From Prevotella sp. CAG:279 (GTDB lineage Bacteria > Actinomycetota > Coriobacteriia > Coriobacteriales > Atopobiaceae): a stretch of 64,000 nucleotides of DNA. Positions 26,729-36,675 of the stretch are shown here, piece after piece. Under the pieces are notes generated by a model that was given only the letters and a program-made list of their open reading frames with translations, searched no databases and was not told where the DNA came from. The number at the start of each line of letters is the position of its first letter. Positions within the stretch are counted from its first letter, which is position 1. Both the position numbers and the translations under genes were made by a program. The stretch covers positions 8,040 through 72,039 of the forward strand of contig CAVJWS010000001.1 of NCBI GenBank assembly GCA_963653485.1, in the 5' to 3' direction.

Positions 26729-27937
26729 CTACTTGAGAAGCGCGAGCACGCCGCGGACGAGGCGCTCGAAGTCGTCCTCGTGGCTGTGGGCCACCTCGAG
26801 CACGCTCTCGTGCGTGACGCCCGCCTCGCCGGCCATGTTGGCGGCCAGGGTGAGGCCGAGCACGTTCATGCCGAGCGCGTGGGCCATGATGGTCTCGCAG
26901 ACGAGCGACATGCCGGCAAAGGAGCAGCCGAGCGCACCGAGGGCGGCGACCTCCGCGGCCGTCTCGAAGCTGGGGCCGAGCAGGCCCGCGTAGACGCCCT
27001 CCTGGAGCTCAATGCCCTCGTCGGCGGCAACGCCCACGGCAAGCTCGCGCAGGTAGGGCGTGTAGGCGTCGGTCATGCCGACGAAGGGCGTGTCCACATA
27101 GGCCAGGTCCTCGGCCTCGAGCAGGGGGTTGGTGCCGGTGAGGTTGATGTGGTCGGTGATGAGGCCCAGGCCCATGTGGGCGCGGCCGGAGATGGCGCCG
27201 GTGGCGCAGGCGAAGATGATGTCCTTGCAGCCGAGCTTGTGGGCATGGCGTACCAGAGAGCTCACCTGGGCGGCATTGAAGCCCTGGTAGAGGTGGACGC
27301 GGCCGGGATAGACCACGACCGGCACGCCGTCGAGCGAGCCAACGGTGACCTCAAAGGTGTGGCCGGCAATGGGGCGGGCCGCCATGGGAAAGCCCTCGAT
27401 CTCGTCATACGGGATGCGGCGAACCGGCTTGACCAGGCCCGCAAGCTTGCCCAGGCCGCTGCCGAGCACGATGGCGACGGGGTGCTCGACGCTGGCACGG
27501 CAGTCCTCAACAACCTTCTCGTCTACCACGACGATTCCCTCCTTCCGAAGGGCGGCGGCCGCAATGCCTTCGCCCCTCACGAGCGTATGCGTATGCGTTC
27601 CATCGTAGACAAACGAGCTGCCGCACGCAGGGCTCTTCGCCTTAAGGACGGCGAGCGGCGCCGCGGCCCCGCGCGCCCGAGAAAGTGCTAGGGCGGCCCC
27701 TCGCTCGTAGAACTCAGTGACGTCGGCGCCTTGCTCAGTGAGCACCCGGCCGCCAAGAACCTCCGCAGGGGGTCGGGGAATCCCAAGGCCCCCGTCGACC
27801 TCCGGGCATACGTCGATGACCGAGCCTCCCCTAGCCCTCACGTCCTGCGCAAGGGCCTGCACGCAACAAGAAGGGCGAGCGCGGCCGTCATAGCGGCAAC
27901 GCTCGCCCAAAAGGCATCTGCTGACGAGAATGTTCAT
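26729..27937 (-). CDS. Fusion: DUF523 (TudS/thiouracil desulfidase family) + trimeric-type purine nucleoside phosphorylase
   Basis: N-terminal VSRCLLGERCRYDG, CPEVDGGLGIPRPP, LKAKSPACG; C-terminal IVLGSGLG, GRVHLYQG, DHINLTGTNPL, GPSFET, GMS, ANMAG, HESVL; one uninterrupted ORF. Confidence 0.9.
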   Translation of the reverse strand: MNILVSRCLLGERCRYDGRARPSCCVQALAQDVRARGGSVIDVCPEVDGGLGIPRPPAEVLGGRVLTEQGADVTEFYERGAALALSRARGAAAPLAVLKAKSPACGSSFVYDGTHTHTLVRGEGIAAAALRKEGIVVVDEKVVEDCRASVEHPVAIVLGSGLGKLAGLVKPVRRIPYDEIEGFPMAARPIAGHTFEVTVGSLDGVPVVVYPGRVHLYQGFNAAQVSSLVRHAHKLGCKDIIFACATGAISGRAHMGLGLITDHINLTGTNPLLEAEDLAYVDTPFVGMTDAYTPYLRELAVGVAADEGIELQEGVYAGLLGPSFETAAEVAALGALGCSFAGMSLVCETIMAHALGMNVLGLTLAANMAGEAGVTHESVLEVAHSHEDDFERLVRGVLALLK

Positions 27938-27947
27938 GTACGCGCAG

Positions 27948-28883
27948 CTAGGCGCCGAGCGTGCAGATGTTGATGGTGGCGGTGGAGAGGACGCCGTTCA
28001 CGTAGTTGGTCCACTCGCTGCTGGCGGCCGAGGCGCTCTGCGCGTAGGCCTGGTAGGCAACCGAGTAGGCCATCTGGGCCTGGGCGTAGGTGGCCGAGTC
28101 GGGCGTCCAGGACTCGTCCTTGAGCGCCGCGTAGTAGGAGCCGTCGGTGCGGGCCCAGGTGTTGTTGGTGGAGTCCCACTCGTCCCCGAGAAGGTTCACG
28201 ATATAGGCGCCGTAGTCGGCCGTGGCCACGTCTTCCTCGCCATCGGCAGGGGTGGTGGGAGCGGACGGCATGGAGGAGACGGCGGTGGTGCAGACCTTCT
28301 CCTTGAGCTTGTAGAGGCTGGCGCTCTGGCGCACGACCTCCTTGGCCTGGTCCTCGGAAAGGCCGTAGTTGGAGGCAAGGGTGGAGATGTCTGAGACGCC
28401 AAGCGTCTGCTCGGCATAGCTCGACAGGTCATCGTCGGAGACGGTGATGCCCTCGTCGGCGGCCTTGAGGGCAAGGATGTTGTTGCGCGCAAGGGCGAGC
28501 GTGGAATCCGCGTTGGGCAAGGTGTAGTTGCCGTCGGAGTCCTTGGCGCTGTCGAGCGAGGACTGCGACTCAAGGGCTTGGCGCACGGTGATGGACTCGG
28601 TCTTGCCGTCATAGGTGTAGGTTGCGATCACCTTGTCCAGGTCCGACTCGGAAACCGTGGTGACGCCCGGGAAGGCCGCGGAGGCAGAGGCGCCGCCCAG
28701 CACGAAGTGCCCGAGGAGCACGCCCACGACAAGCGCGACGACGAACACGGCCGCCACGACGGGAGCCGGCACGCCACGCCTGCGCGGCCTTGGACCCTCC
28801 GCGCTCATGCGCGCGGGCTGGGGGCTGTGAGCCCCGTGGGCTCCGGACATGTGAGACTGCCTATCCATCTTGAGTAACTCCAA
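27948..28883 (-). CDS. Membrane-anchored exported hypothetical protein (possibly SurA/PrsA N-terminal-like)
   Basis: Single TM helix (VVAAVFVVALVVGVLLGHFVL) followed by a Ser/Thr/Asp-rich soluble domain; codon usage like neighbours. Confidence 0.65.
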   Translation of the reverse strand: MELLKMDRQSHMSGAHGAHSPQPARMSAEGPRPRRRGVPAPVVAAVFVVALVVGVLLGHFVLGGASASAAFPGVTTVSESDLDKVIATYTYDGKTESITVRQALESQSSLDSAKDSDGNYTLPNADSTLALARNNILALKAADEGITVSDDDLSSYAEQTLGVSDISTLASNYGLSEDQAKEVVRQSASLYKLKEKVCTTAVSSMPSAPTTPADGEEDVATADYGAYIVNLLGDEWDSTNNTWARTDGSYYAALKDESWTPDSATYAQAQMAYSVAYQAYAQSASAASSEWTNYVNGVLSTATINICTLGA

Positions 28884-29017
28884 CGAATACGAGCGGACGA
28901 GCCGCTTTGCTTAGGCCCATCTCGGGCCGGACCATCCCTATGACTTTACAACGCTGCAAGCCCAAACCTCACGCACTCCACAAGATGCGACAAAGCTGCA
29001 AGCCACGTATAAGGGGC

Positions 29018-30112
29018 CTAGCCAAGCTCGCGGACGCGCTTGGCGACGGCGGCCGCGTAGGCGCGGGTGCCAACGGCGCCCTCCGTGCTGCCGGTGAGGT
29101 TCTTCTTGACGTCGGCCGTGACCTGGTCTGCGGCGGACAAGGTCTCGCGCACGGCCTGGCGCACCTTGGATGCGGCCTCGCCCTCGCCGAGGTGGTCGAG
29201 CATCATGGCGGCCGAGAGGATCATGGCCGTGGGGTTGGCGATGTCCTTGCCGGCGATGTCGGGGGCACTACCATGCGTGGCCTCGAAGATGGCCTGCTCG
29301 GCGCCGATGTTGGAGCCGGGGGCCAGGCCCAGGCCGCCAACCAGGCCCGCGCACAGGTCGCTCACGATGTCGCCGTAGAGGTTGGGCAGCACAAGTACGT
29401 CGAAGTCGCTCGGGTCCTGAACGAGCCCCATGCAGGTGGCGTCCACGATCTTGGCGTTGAACTCGATGTCGGGATACTCGGCGGCCACCTTCTCGGCGGT
29501 GTGGAGGAACAGGCCGTCCGTGCACTTCATGATGTTGGCCTTGTGCACCGCCGTGACCTTGTGGCGGCCGTTCTTGCGGGCGTAGTCAAAGGCGTAGCGC
29601 ACGATGCGCTCCGAGCCGCTCACGCTGATGGGCTTGAGCGAGATGGCGGAGTCGGGCCTGATGGTGCCGGCGCCTGCCTCCTCGACGGTGCGCATGATGG
29701 CCGCGGCGCCCTCGGAGCCCTCGTCGAACTCGATGCCGGCGTAGAGGTCCTCGGTGTTCTCGCGAACGATGACGAGGTCGACGCCGTCGTAGCGACTGCC
29801 GTCGCCGGGCATGGAGAGGCAGGGGCGCACGCAGGCGTAGAGGTCGAAGGCGCGGCGCAGGGCGACGTTGACGCTGCGGAAGCCAGAGCCCACCGGCGTG
29901 GTCACCGGGCCCTTGATGGCGACGCCGGTCTCCCGCACGGAGTCAAGGACGCGCTCGGGAAGCGGGGTGCCCTCGGCCTCCATGACGTGGGCGCCGGCCT
30001 CCTGGCGCCTCCACTCGATGTCAACGCCGGTGGCGCCAACCACTTCGAGCATGGCCTCGGAAATCTCGAGGCCGATGCCGTCTCCCGGAATCAGCGTTAC
30101 CAGATGGCTCAT
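29018..30112 (-). CDS. Isocitrate/isopropylmalate dehydrogenase family, probably NAD-dependent isocitrate dehydrogenase
   Basis: IPGDGIG, RSVNVALRR, RENTEDLYAG, VHKANIMK, NLYGDIVSDL, FEATHGSAPDIAGKDIANP. Confidence 0.9.
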   Translation of the reverse strand: MSHLVTLIPGDGIGLEISEAMLEVVGATGVDIEWRRQEAGAHVMEAEGTPLPERVLDSVRETGVAIKGPVTTPVGSGFRSVNVALRRAFDLYACVRPCLSMPGDGSRYDGVDLVIVRENTEDLYAGIEFDEGSEGAAAIMRTVEEAGAGTIRPDSAISLKPISVSGSERIVRYAFDYARKNGRHKVTAVHKANIMKCTDGLFLHTAEKVAAEYPDIEFNAKIVDATCMGLVQDPSDFDVLVLPNLYGDIVSDLCAGLVGGLGLAPGSNIGAEQAIFEATHGSAPDIAGKDIANPTAMILSAAMMLDHLGEGEAASKVRQAVRETLSAADQVTADVKKNLTGSTEGAVGTRAYAAAVAKRVRELG

Positions 30113-30225
30113 ATGCACTCCTTGTCACAGGCGCGCCACATCGGCACGCGTCTTGCCTTCGCGCCATTCTCGCCCGCATGGGCCACGCGAAGGCGCAGGC
30201 TCGCAGATGTTAAAGACCTCGAAAC

Positions 30226-30834
30226 CTACTCGCCCTTGATGGCGGCGATGATCTGGGCGGAACGGTCGCGCACGTAGCCGCGGCCGTTGCTCGCGTCAAA
30301 GTCGATGCGCTCGGCGAGGGCGGCCTTCGTGGCCTCGCTCGCCTCGCCCTCGGCAAGCTCGAGCATGCCGCAGAGCATGTCGCGGTAGCCGGTGTCGCCG
30401 TGGTAGCACTGGATCGCCTCGTCGAGGATGGGCCACACCTTGTCGGAGGTGGCGGCGGACTTGGCGGCCATGCGGCACAGCAGGCAGAAGGCCGCGATGC
30501 GAACGCGGGAGTTGTTCTCGTCAAAGAGCGAGGCCTCGGCGCCCTCGTAGGCTTCATCGACGAGCTCGGGATGGGCGGCGCACAGCTCGCGCAGGGCGTC
30601 GAGGGCCTCCCAGCGCGTCTGGGCCTCGGGACGGAAGAGCGCGTCGACAAGCGCCTCGGCGACGCGAGCCTCCTGGCCGGCAACGGAGCTCGCGTCCTCG
30701 CGAAGCATCACGCAGATGGCATGGGAGGCCTCCTGGCGCGTGCGACGGACCGCGCCGGAGAGCTCGTCGATGAGGCGGTCGAGCTCGGTGACCTTGCCGG
30801 CGCCGAACTTGGCCTTGTCCTTAGCTTCAGTCAT
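30226..30834 (-). CDS. HEAT/ARM-repeat-like hypothetical protein
   Basis: Helical repeats (RRTRQEASH, PEAQTRWEALDAL, SRVRIAAF); AAGGA RBS before ATG 30834. Confidence 0.65.
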   Translation of the reverse strand: MTEAKDKAKFGAGKVTELDRLIDELSGAVRRTRQEASHAICVMLREDASSVAGQEARVAEALVDALFRPEAQTRWEALDALRELCAAHPELVDEAYEGAEASLFDENNSRVRIAAFCLLCRMAAKSAATSDKVWPILDEAIQCYHGDTGYRDMLCGMLELAEGEASEATKAALAERIDFDASNGRGYVRDRSAQIIAAIKGE

Positions 30835-30848
30835 GGGTAGTTCCTTTC

Positions 30849-31646
30849 CTATTCGCAAAAACCATCCACGACGGCAGTGCCGCTCCGCGGATCGGTGTGT
30901 ATCTGGATGAGCCCGAACGAGGCGGCCTCGCGCAGCAGGGCCGTGAAGCTGCGGTAGCCGTAGGAGCGCTCGGAGAACTGCGGTTGCTTGCGACGCATCG
31001 TGTCCTTGATGAGCGAGGCCTGCATGAGGCCGTCGGTCTCGCGCTGGAGGGCGTCCACCGTCTCGAGCATGAGCTTGTAGCAGGCGAGCTTCTCGGCGGG
31101 CACCTTGTCCTCGTAGGCGGGGATGCCGCCCGCGCTCACGATGTCCTCGTAGAAGATGAACTCGTCGCAGACCTCGGTGAGCAGGGTGCTCGTGGCCTCG
31201 CGCATGCCGACGCCGATGACCGTCTTGTTGAACTCTCGGAGCTTGGAGACGAGCGGCGAGAAGTCCGAGTCGCCGGAGAGGATGGCGAAGGTGTCGATGT
31301 GGTTCTTGGTGAGGCACATCTCCACGGCGTCAACCGCAAGGCGGATGTCAGCCGAGTTCTTGCCGGTGTAGGCGCGGTCCGGGATCTCGATGAGCTCGAT
31401 GCCCAGCTCGTGCAGGGGCGCCACGGCGTCGTCGAAGCGCTGCCAGTCGCAGTAGGCGCGCTTGGCCACGATACGGCCCTTGTCAACCAGGCGCTCGAGG
31501 ATCTTCTTCACGTCGGGCGCGGGGCCGGGCTTCTGGTGGCCGCGGCGGTCTCGCTTGCCGGTGCCAAGTGCGAGGTTCTCGTAGTCGATGAGAACGGCGA
31601 TGGTGCCCTGAGGAGCCATGGCCATGTTGGGGTTCATGTCTGCCAT
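30849..31646 (-). CDS. NYN (LabA/DUF88) domain protein with C-terminal OST-HTH/LOTUS domain
   Basis: LIDYEN, RAYCDW, KNSADIRLAVDA, SGDSDFSPL, CDEFIFY, FSERSYGYRSF. Confidence 0.9.
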   Translation of the reverse strand: MADMNPNMAMAPQGTIAVLIDYENLALGTGKRDRRGHQKPGPAPDVKKILERLVDKGRIVAKRAYCDWQRFDDAVAPLHELGIELIEIPDRAYTGKNSADIRLAVDAVEMCLTKNHIDTFAILSGDSDFSPLVSKLREFNKTVIGVGMREATSTLLTEVCDEFIFYEDIVSAGGIPAYEDKVPAEKLACYKLMLETVDALQRETDGLMQASLIKDTMRRKQPQFSERSYGYRSFTALLREAASFGLIQIHTDPRSGTAVVDGFCE

Positions 31647-31649
31647 GGC

Positions 31650-32075
31650 CTACCTCTCCCCCTCCCTGTCCTTGCCCTTGACGCTCATGAGCTCGGGCTC
31701 GGGCTTGCCGCTGGCCGCGCGGGCACGCTCGGCCTTGCGGGCGCGTGCCCGCTCGCGGTCGCGATGGCGCGCGGCCGGCGTCATGAGGCGGTCGACGAAC
31801 TTCCAGGGGCCCACCGACTCGCCGTAGCCGAACTTGAGTCCCGCCACGGCGCCCGCCACGGCGCCGACGGAGAACATGCCGAGCACCACGTAGCCGGTGG
31901 CCCAGACGAACATGAAGAGGATGCCGCCGAGCAGCACCGCCGCGACGTTGGCAAGCGCGTAGGCGCCGGCGCCCTCAACGCGAGCGCCGGCCTCTTCTCC
32001 CAGATGGAAGCCTATGACGATGCCAAAGACCGCGAACAGGATGCTGACGATGGTGATGCCGAAACCGTCTGCCAC
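31650..32075 (-). CDS. Small membrane hypothetical protein
   Basis: Three hydrophobic segments then a basic tail; tightly packed between neighbours. Confidence 0.65.
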   Translation of the reverse strand: MADGFGITIVSILFAVFGIVIGFHLGEEAGARVEGAGAYALANVAAVLLGGILFMFVWATGYVVLGMFSVGAVAGAVAGLKFGYGESVGPWKFVDRLMTPAARHRDRERARARKAERARAASGKPEPELMSVKGKDREGER

Positions 32076-32078
32076 GAG

Positions 32079-33161
32079 CTACTCCTCGCCGCAGCAGCCG
32101 TGGCCGCCGCAGCATTCGTGGTCGGCGTCGTGGCCGTGGCCACCACAGCCGCACTCGCCGTCGTGGCCGCCGCAGCACTCGTGGTCGCCGTCGTGGTCGT
32201 GGCCGCAGCAGCAGCCGTCCTCGCCCTCGAAGACGCTCATGTCGAGCTTGTCCCAGTCAAGGCCTGCCGCCACGGCGTCGGCCTGCTCGCAGTAGAGCAG
32301 GCGAATGGCCTGGGTGCCCAGGCGCGCGCCGCCGATCTGGGTGAGCATGTCGTAAAGGGTGTAGGCCGTCTCGGTACCGGGCAGCGTGATCTCGAGGTCC
32401 TCGGACTGCTCGATGGCAAGCCCCAGGTCCTTGCGGAAGTGCTCCACGAGGAAGCCCGGCTTGTAGTCGCCCTCGAGGGCCTTGGGGCCAAGACTCGAAA
32501 GCGCGCGGGAGCCGCCCATGCCGGAGCCGACCATCTCGAGCATGCGGGAGGCGTCAAGGCCGCCCTGCTCGGCAAGGGCCAGGGCGTCGGCCATGCCCAC
32601 CATGCAGCCGGCCAAGGAGACCTGGTTGCAGAGCTTGGCCGTCTGTCCGGCGCCCGCGGCGTCAAAGTAGAAGATCTTGGACGAGAAGGTCTCGAGCACG
32701 GCGGCCACGGGGGCGGCGTCGGCCTCGGAGATGCCCGCGATGAGCGTGAGGGTGCCGTCGATGGCGCCGGACTCGCCGCCGGTCACGGGGCAGTCGAAGG
32801 CGTGCTTGTCCTCGACCTCGGCCGCGTCGTGGATGTCACGGGCGAGCTGGGGCGAGGAGGTGGTGAGGTCGATGAGCCAGGCGCCCTTCTTGGCGCTGCG
32901 CAGAAGGCCCTCGCCTGCAAGGTAGACGTCCTCCACGTCGGACGGGTAGCCGAGCATGGTGAAGATGACGTCGGCGTCCTTGGCGGCCTCGGCCGGGCTT
33001 GCCGCCCATGCGGCGCCGCGCTCGATGAGGCCGGCGGCCTTCTCCTTGGTTCGGTTGTAGACGGCGAGCTCGTAGCCGGCGTCCATGATGTGACCGGCGA
33101 TGGGGGCGCCCATGATGCCGGTGCCGATGAAGGCGACCTTGGGCTTCTCGGTAGTTGCCAT
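32079..33161 (-). CDS. NAD(P)-dependent oxidoreductase, 3-hydroxyisobutyrate dehydrogenase family, with His/Cys-rich tail
   Basis: FIGTGIMG, YNRT, DCPVTGG, GAGQTAKLCNQ, PGFLVEHFRKDL. Confidence 0.9.
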   Translation of the reverse strand: MATTEKPKVAFIGTGIMGAPIAGHIMDAGYELAVYNRTKEKAAGLIERGAAWAASPAEAAKDADVIFTMLGYPSDVEDVYLAGEGLLRSAKKGAWLIDLTTSSPQLARDIHDAAEVEDKHAFDCPVTGGESGAIDGTLTLIAGISEADAAPVAAVLETFSSKIFYFDAAGAGQTAKLCNQVSLAGCMVGMADALALAEQGGLDASRMLEMVGSGMGGSRALSSLGPKALEGDYKPGFLVEHFRKDLGLAIEQSEDLEITLPGTETAYTLYDMLTQIGGARLGTQAIRLLYCEQADAVAAGLDWDKLDMSVFEGEDGCCCGHDHDGDHECCGGHDGECGCGGHGHDADHECCGGHGCCGEE

Positions 33162-33474
33162 GCAAATCCTCTCTGTCGCCTCAGGCGGCGAGCTTATAAA
33201 CGTACGAACACAAAACAGGGCGGCGATGCCGCGCGCAGCTTCCTTGGGGCCCACGCCCCAAGCAAAGCCCAAGCGCGCAACTCGAAAGGCGCGGGCGCAA
33301 CGCACAGGAAAACGCTCTCCTAGCCGCATAGGTTCCGCGGGGGCAAAGCCAAAAGCGCTGGCGCACGTTCTCCCATCTGCAAAGTTGCCGCGCGCAGACG
33401 GCTCCCGCGCAAAAGCACGACATCGGTAAGAACGCGCAAGTGAAAAGCGGGGCCGATGCCGCAGTCCCGACTCC

Positions 33475-34560
33475 CTACCTACCCTTGACCTTGCGGGCCA
33501 GGCGGTCGGTGAAGCTAAGCGCCTCGCGACGATCCTTGCCCCAGAACACGCAGGCCACCATGCCCGGGCCAACATGGGCGCCGATGGCCGGCGAGACGGA
33601 GCTGCGGATGATGGGGATGTCCTGGCAGCCGGGCTCCTTGCGGATCTGGTCCGCAAGCCAGCGGGCGTCCTTCTCGGCGTCGGAGTCCACGATGCCGATG
33701 GGCATGTGGGTCACCACACCGTCCGCGCCGATGTAGTTGGCCTTGAAGTCGGCGATGATGGCACGCAAGGCCTTCTTGCGGCCGCGGCACATGCCGCGCA
33801 GCGTAAGCGAGCCGCTGAGGTCGTAGGAAAGCTCGGGCTTGATGTCGAGCTTGCCGCCCACGGTGGCAGCCGCAGGCGGAATGCGCCCGCCGCGTGCCAG
33901 CGAATCGAAGCTATCGAGCGTGAAGTAGCCCTGGATGTAGTAGCGGGCCTCCTCGGCCCACTCCACGAGCTCCTTGGCCGTGAGGCCGTTGCCCACCTGG
34001 CGCACCGCCTCGATGGCGAGCAGCTCGGCGGAAGCCGAGGGGCAGAGGTTGTCCACCACGTACATCTCGTAACCGGGGTGGTTCTCCATCACCATCTCGG
34101 CCGCGGTGCGCGCGGCGTCCACGCTCGAGGAAAGGCCGCGCGTGAAGGCGAGGTAGACGGCCGGCACGCCGGAAGCGGCCGCGCGTTCGAAGACCTCGAG
34201 GTAGGCGCCGGGCGTGACGGCGGAGGTGGTGACATGCTCGCCGTTGCGCATACGGTCGTAGAACTCGTGGGCGCTCATAGACTGCCAGATATCGTCCAGG
34301 TGCTCGCCGTCTGCCATAACGAAGGGGAAGCGCACGACCTCCACGCCGAGGGCGCGCGCCACCTCGGGCGCGAAGTCCGCGCACGAGTCCACGATGATGC
34401 GGCACTGGCCGTCCCTGCGATAGCTCGCGCTGGCCTCGCGGGCGATCTCGGCAACGCCCTGCAGCTCGCCCTCGGACTCGTCGCCTTCGCATGCGACGGC
34501 CGCGGGCTCCGAAAAGCCCGCGGCCTCAAGGTTGTTGTCGTTAGCGTTATCGCTACTCAT
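33475..34560 (-). CDS. DegV family fatty-acid binding protein
   Basis: IIVDSCAD, TTSAV, GLSSS, LARGGRI, LDIKP, IGAHVGPG. Confidence 0.92.
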   Translation of the reverse strand: MSSDNANDNNLEAAGFSEPAAVACEGDESEGELQGVAEIAREASASYRRDGQCRIIVDSCADFAPEVARALGVEVVRFPFVMADGEHLDDIWQSMSAHEFYDRMRNGEHVTTSAVTPGAYLEVFERAAASGVPAVYLAFTRGLSSSVDAARTAAEMVMENHPGYEMYVVDNLCPSASAELLAIEAVRQVGNGLTAKELVEWAEEARYYIQGYFTLDSFDSLARGGRIPPAAATVGGKLDIKPELSYDLSGSLTLRGMCRGRKKALRAIIADFKANYIGADGVVTHMPIGIVDSDAEKDARWLADQIRKEPGCQDIPIIRSSVSPAIGAHVGPGMVACVFWGKDRREALSFTDRLARKVKGR

Positions 34561-35128
34561 CTGGCTCCTCAATCTTGGGCTTGATGATTCCGTAGCCGCC
34601 GTTCTTGCGACGGTAGATGACGTTCACAAGGCCGGTGGTGGCGTTGGTGAAGACGTAGAAGTCATGACCGATGAGGTCTGTCTGGACGAGGGCCTCTTCC
34701 TCGGTCATGGGCGGCAGGTCAATGACCTTCTCGCGCACGAGCTCGTCATCCTCGGGCTCACCCTCGATGAGGTCGGCGAGATTCTCGGGCATGGGGGCCA
34801 CGGGCAGGCCCTGGGTGCGCTGGCGGTGGTCGATGACCTTGGTCTTGAACTTGCGAATCTGGCGCGTGACCTTGTCGGCCGCGATGTCGATGGCGGCGTA
34901 CATGTCGTTGTCGGCGCTCTCCACGCGCACGACGTTGTCACGGACGCGAACCGTGACTTCGCAGACGGCGGCCTCGGGGTTAGAACGGTTCTTCTCTACG
35001 CGGAGCACGACGTCGCAGGTCATGGGCTGGATGTCGAACACGCCAAGGGCGTCGCCGATCTTCTCGTCAACATAGCTGTGCAGCGCATCGGTAACAGTTA
35101 CCTTGCGACCGGAAACCTTGATGTCCAT
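34553..35128 (-). CDS. hpf: Ribosome hibernation promoting factor, long form
   Basis: VTDALHSYVDEK, DMYAAID...RQIRKFK, PMTEEEA...GHDFYVF...VIYRRKNGGYG. Confidence 0.95.
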   Translation of the reverse strand: MDIKVSGRKVTVTDALHSYVDEKIGDALGVFDIQPMTCDVVLRVEKNRSNPEAAVCEVTVRVRDNVVRVESADNDMYAAIDIAADKVTRQIRKFKTKVIDHRQRTQGLPVAPMPENLADLIEGEPEDDELVREKVIDLPPMTEEEALVQTDLIGHDFYVFTNATTGLVNVIYRRKNGGYGIIKPKIEEPDE

Positions 35129-35286
35129 GAAGCCTCCAACCTTAGAGCTTTGGCAGTTCGCGATTTCTCATCAGGAAATCGTTGTGTCTTAGATACCCAA
35201 CTAAGGCAAGCCAAAGCCCAGAAACTCAAATTGACCGTCCGCCGATTGCACCCTTCACAGCAGGCCAAAGGGTGCGGCCGAACGCG

Positions 35287-36270
35287 CTAGTCGGAGACGG
35301 TCGCGGCGTTGGCGCCGGCGGTGGAGCCGTCAAGCACGCCGGAAGCCCCGCCGTTGACGTTGGCTGTGTCGCTGGCGCCCGCCACGGAGCCGGCAGAGAT
35401 GGAGATGTTGGAGACGACCGAGGCGTCGGTGAGCGGGCTCATGCCAGAGAGCCACTTGGATCGAATGATGTCGCCCACGCCGTTGGAGGCGATGGCGTCA
35501 AGCGCCTCCTTGACGTAGTTCTGCAGCTCGGTGTTGGTGGAGGCCACGGCGCATCCCACGCTCTCGGGAGAGGTGATGGTGCCCGCGCAGGCAATGTCGG
35601 AATAGGCGCCGGCAAGGTAGGCGCCGGAGTTCGCATCGCACAGCACATAGTCAATCGAACCCTGCTCAAGCGCGGCAAAGGCATCGTTGAGGTTGCTGAA
35701 GGTGGTGATGGTTGCCTGCAGGTCGCTACGCTTGAGCAGCTGCATTGAGGCGGAGCCGTCCTGCACGCCAAAGTTCTTGCTCAACAGGCTGCCCTTCTCG
35801 CTCACCTTCTCCTCGCCCTTGTAGAAGAAGGCGGTGGAGTCCTCGGCATAGGAGCCGACCACGGTGGCCTCGCCAGAGACGGAGGACTTGGAGCTCATGA
35901 CGATGTCGCATTCGGTTCCCACGGCAGAAGCGGCGTTGGAGACGGACACGAGCTTGACCTCAAGGCCGAGCTGCGAGCCGATGGCATACGCCGTGTCGAC
36001 GTCATAGCCGAGATAGGAGCCGTCCTGGGCCGTCACGCACATCGGCGCGTTGGCGCTCTGGTTAAGACCGACGGTGAGCACGCCGTCCTCAAGCAGGGTG
36101 GGCGTAGAAAGCGAGGTGCCCACGGAGGCGGACTGTGCCGCAAGCGCGTCTGCCACGGAGGGCGAAGAGACCGACGACACAACGACGTCGATGGGGTTTG
36201 CGCACCCCGTAAGGGCGAGCGTGGAAGCAGCGAGCAAGGCGGCGAACCTAGCGGCCGTGGTGCGGGTCAT
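35287..36270 (-). CDS. Orphan polar amino-acid-type ABC substrate-binding lipoprotein
   Basis: Lipobox LTGC, GVLTVG, GYDVD, GVQDGS, AALEQGSIDYVL. Confidence 0.8.
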   Translation of the reverse strand: MTRTTAARFAALLAASTLALTGCANPIDVVVSSVSSPSVADALAAQSASVGTSLSTPTLLEDGVLTVGLNQSANAPMCVTAQDGSYLGYDVDTAYAIGSQLGLEVKLVSVSNAASAVGTECDIVMSSKSSVSGEATVVGSYAEDSTAFFYKGEEKVSEKGSLLSKNFGVQDGSASMQLLKRSDLQATITTFSNLNDAFAALEQGSIDYVLCDANSGAYLAGAYSDIACAGTITSPESVGCAVASTNTELQNYVKEALDAIASNGVGDIIRSKWLSGMSPLTDASVVSNISISAGSVAGASDTANVNGGASGVLDGSTAGANAATVSD

Positions 36271-36675
36271 CGAGTCTCCTCGTGTCGGGGGCGCGGCGCG
36301 CCCGGTCTGGAACTCGGCGCGTACGCGCCGCTTCGTCAGTACGTCTCAGTCAGCTGACCTGGTATTTGACCCCACACTCGCGCACCGGGGCGGTTGCTTT
36401 GGACGCCGCGGCGCCCGCCACTACTGGCCCTCTCGCCCGCGGGGCGGTATGCCCCTCGTATGACGGACGGTACGACTTACCTCTAGGACGAGCCATGCTC
36501 GCGCAGGCGCGCACGCCAGCGCTTACGTGGATCCCTTTGCCCTCGTCTGGCATGGACTAGGGCCGGCTGCGGACCTGTTGGCCCGCAGGGAGACGCAATG
36601 AAAACGCGGCCACTTTGGCCGCGCGACGAAGCGTTCCCACCGGCCCGCAACCACAGACCTGAATGAGACTTTTGC

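Noticed and set aside
30897..33323. 808-aa plus-strand ORF, and similar long antisense ORFs at 13757, 38634, 40547, 46760, 50082 and 53262
   Set aside because: Each mirrors well-supported genes on the opposite strand and has shadow-ORF composition.
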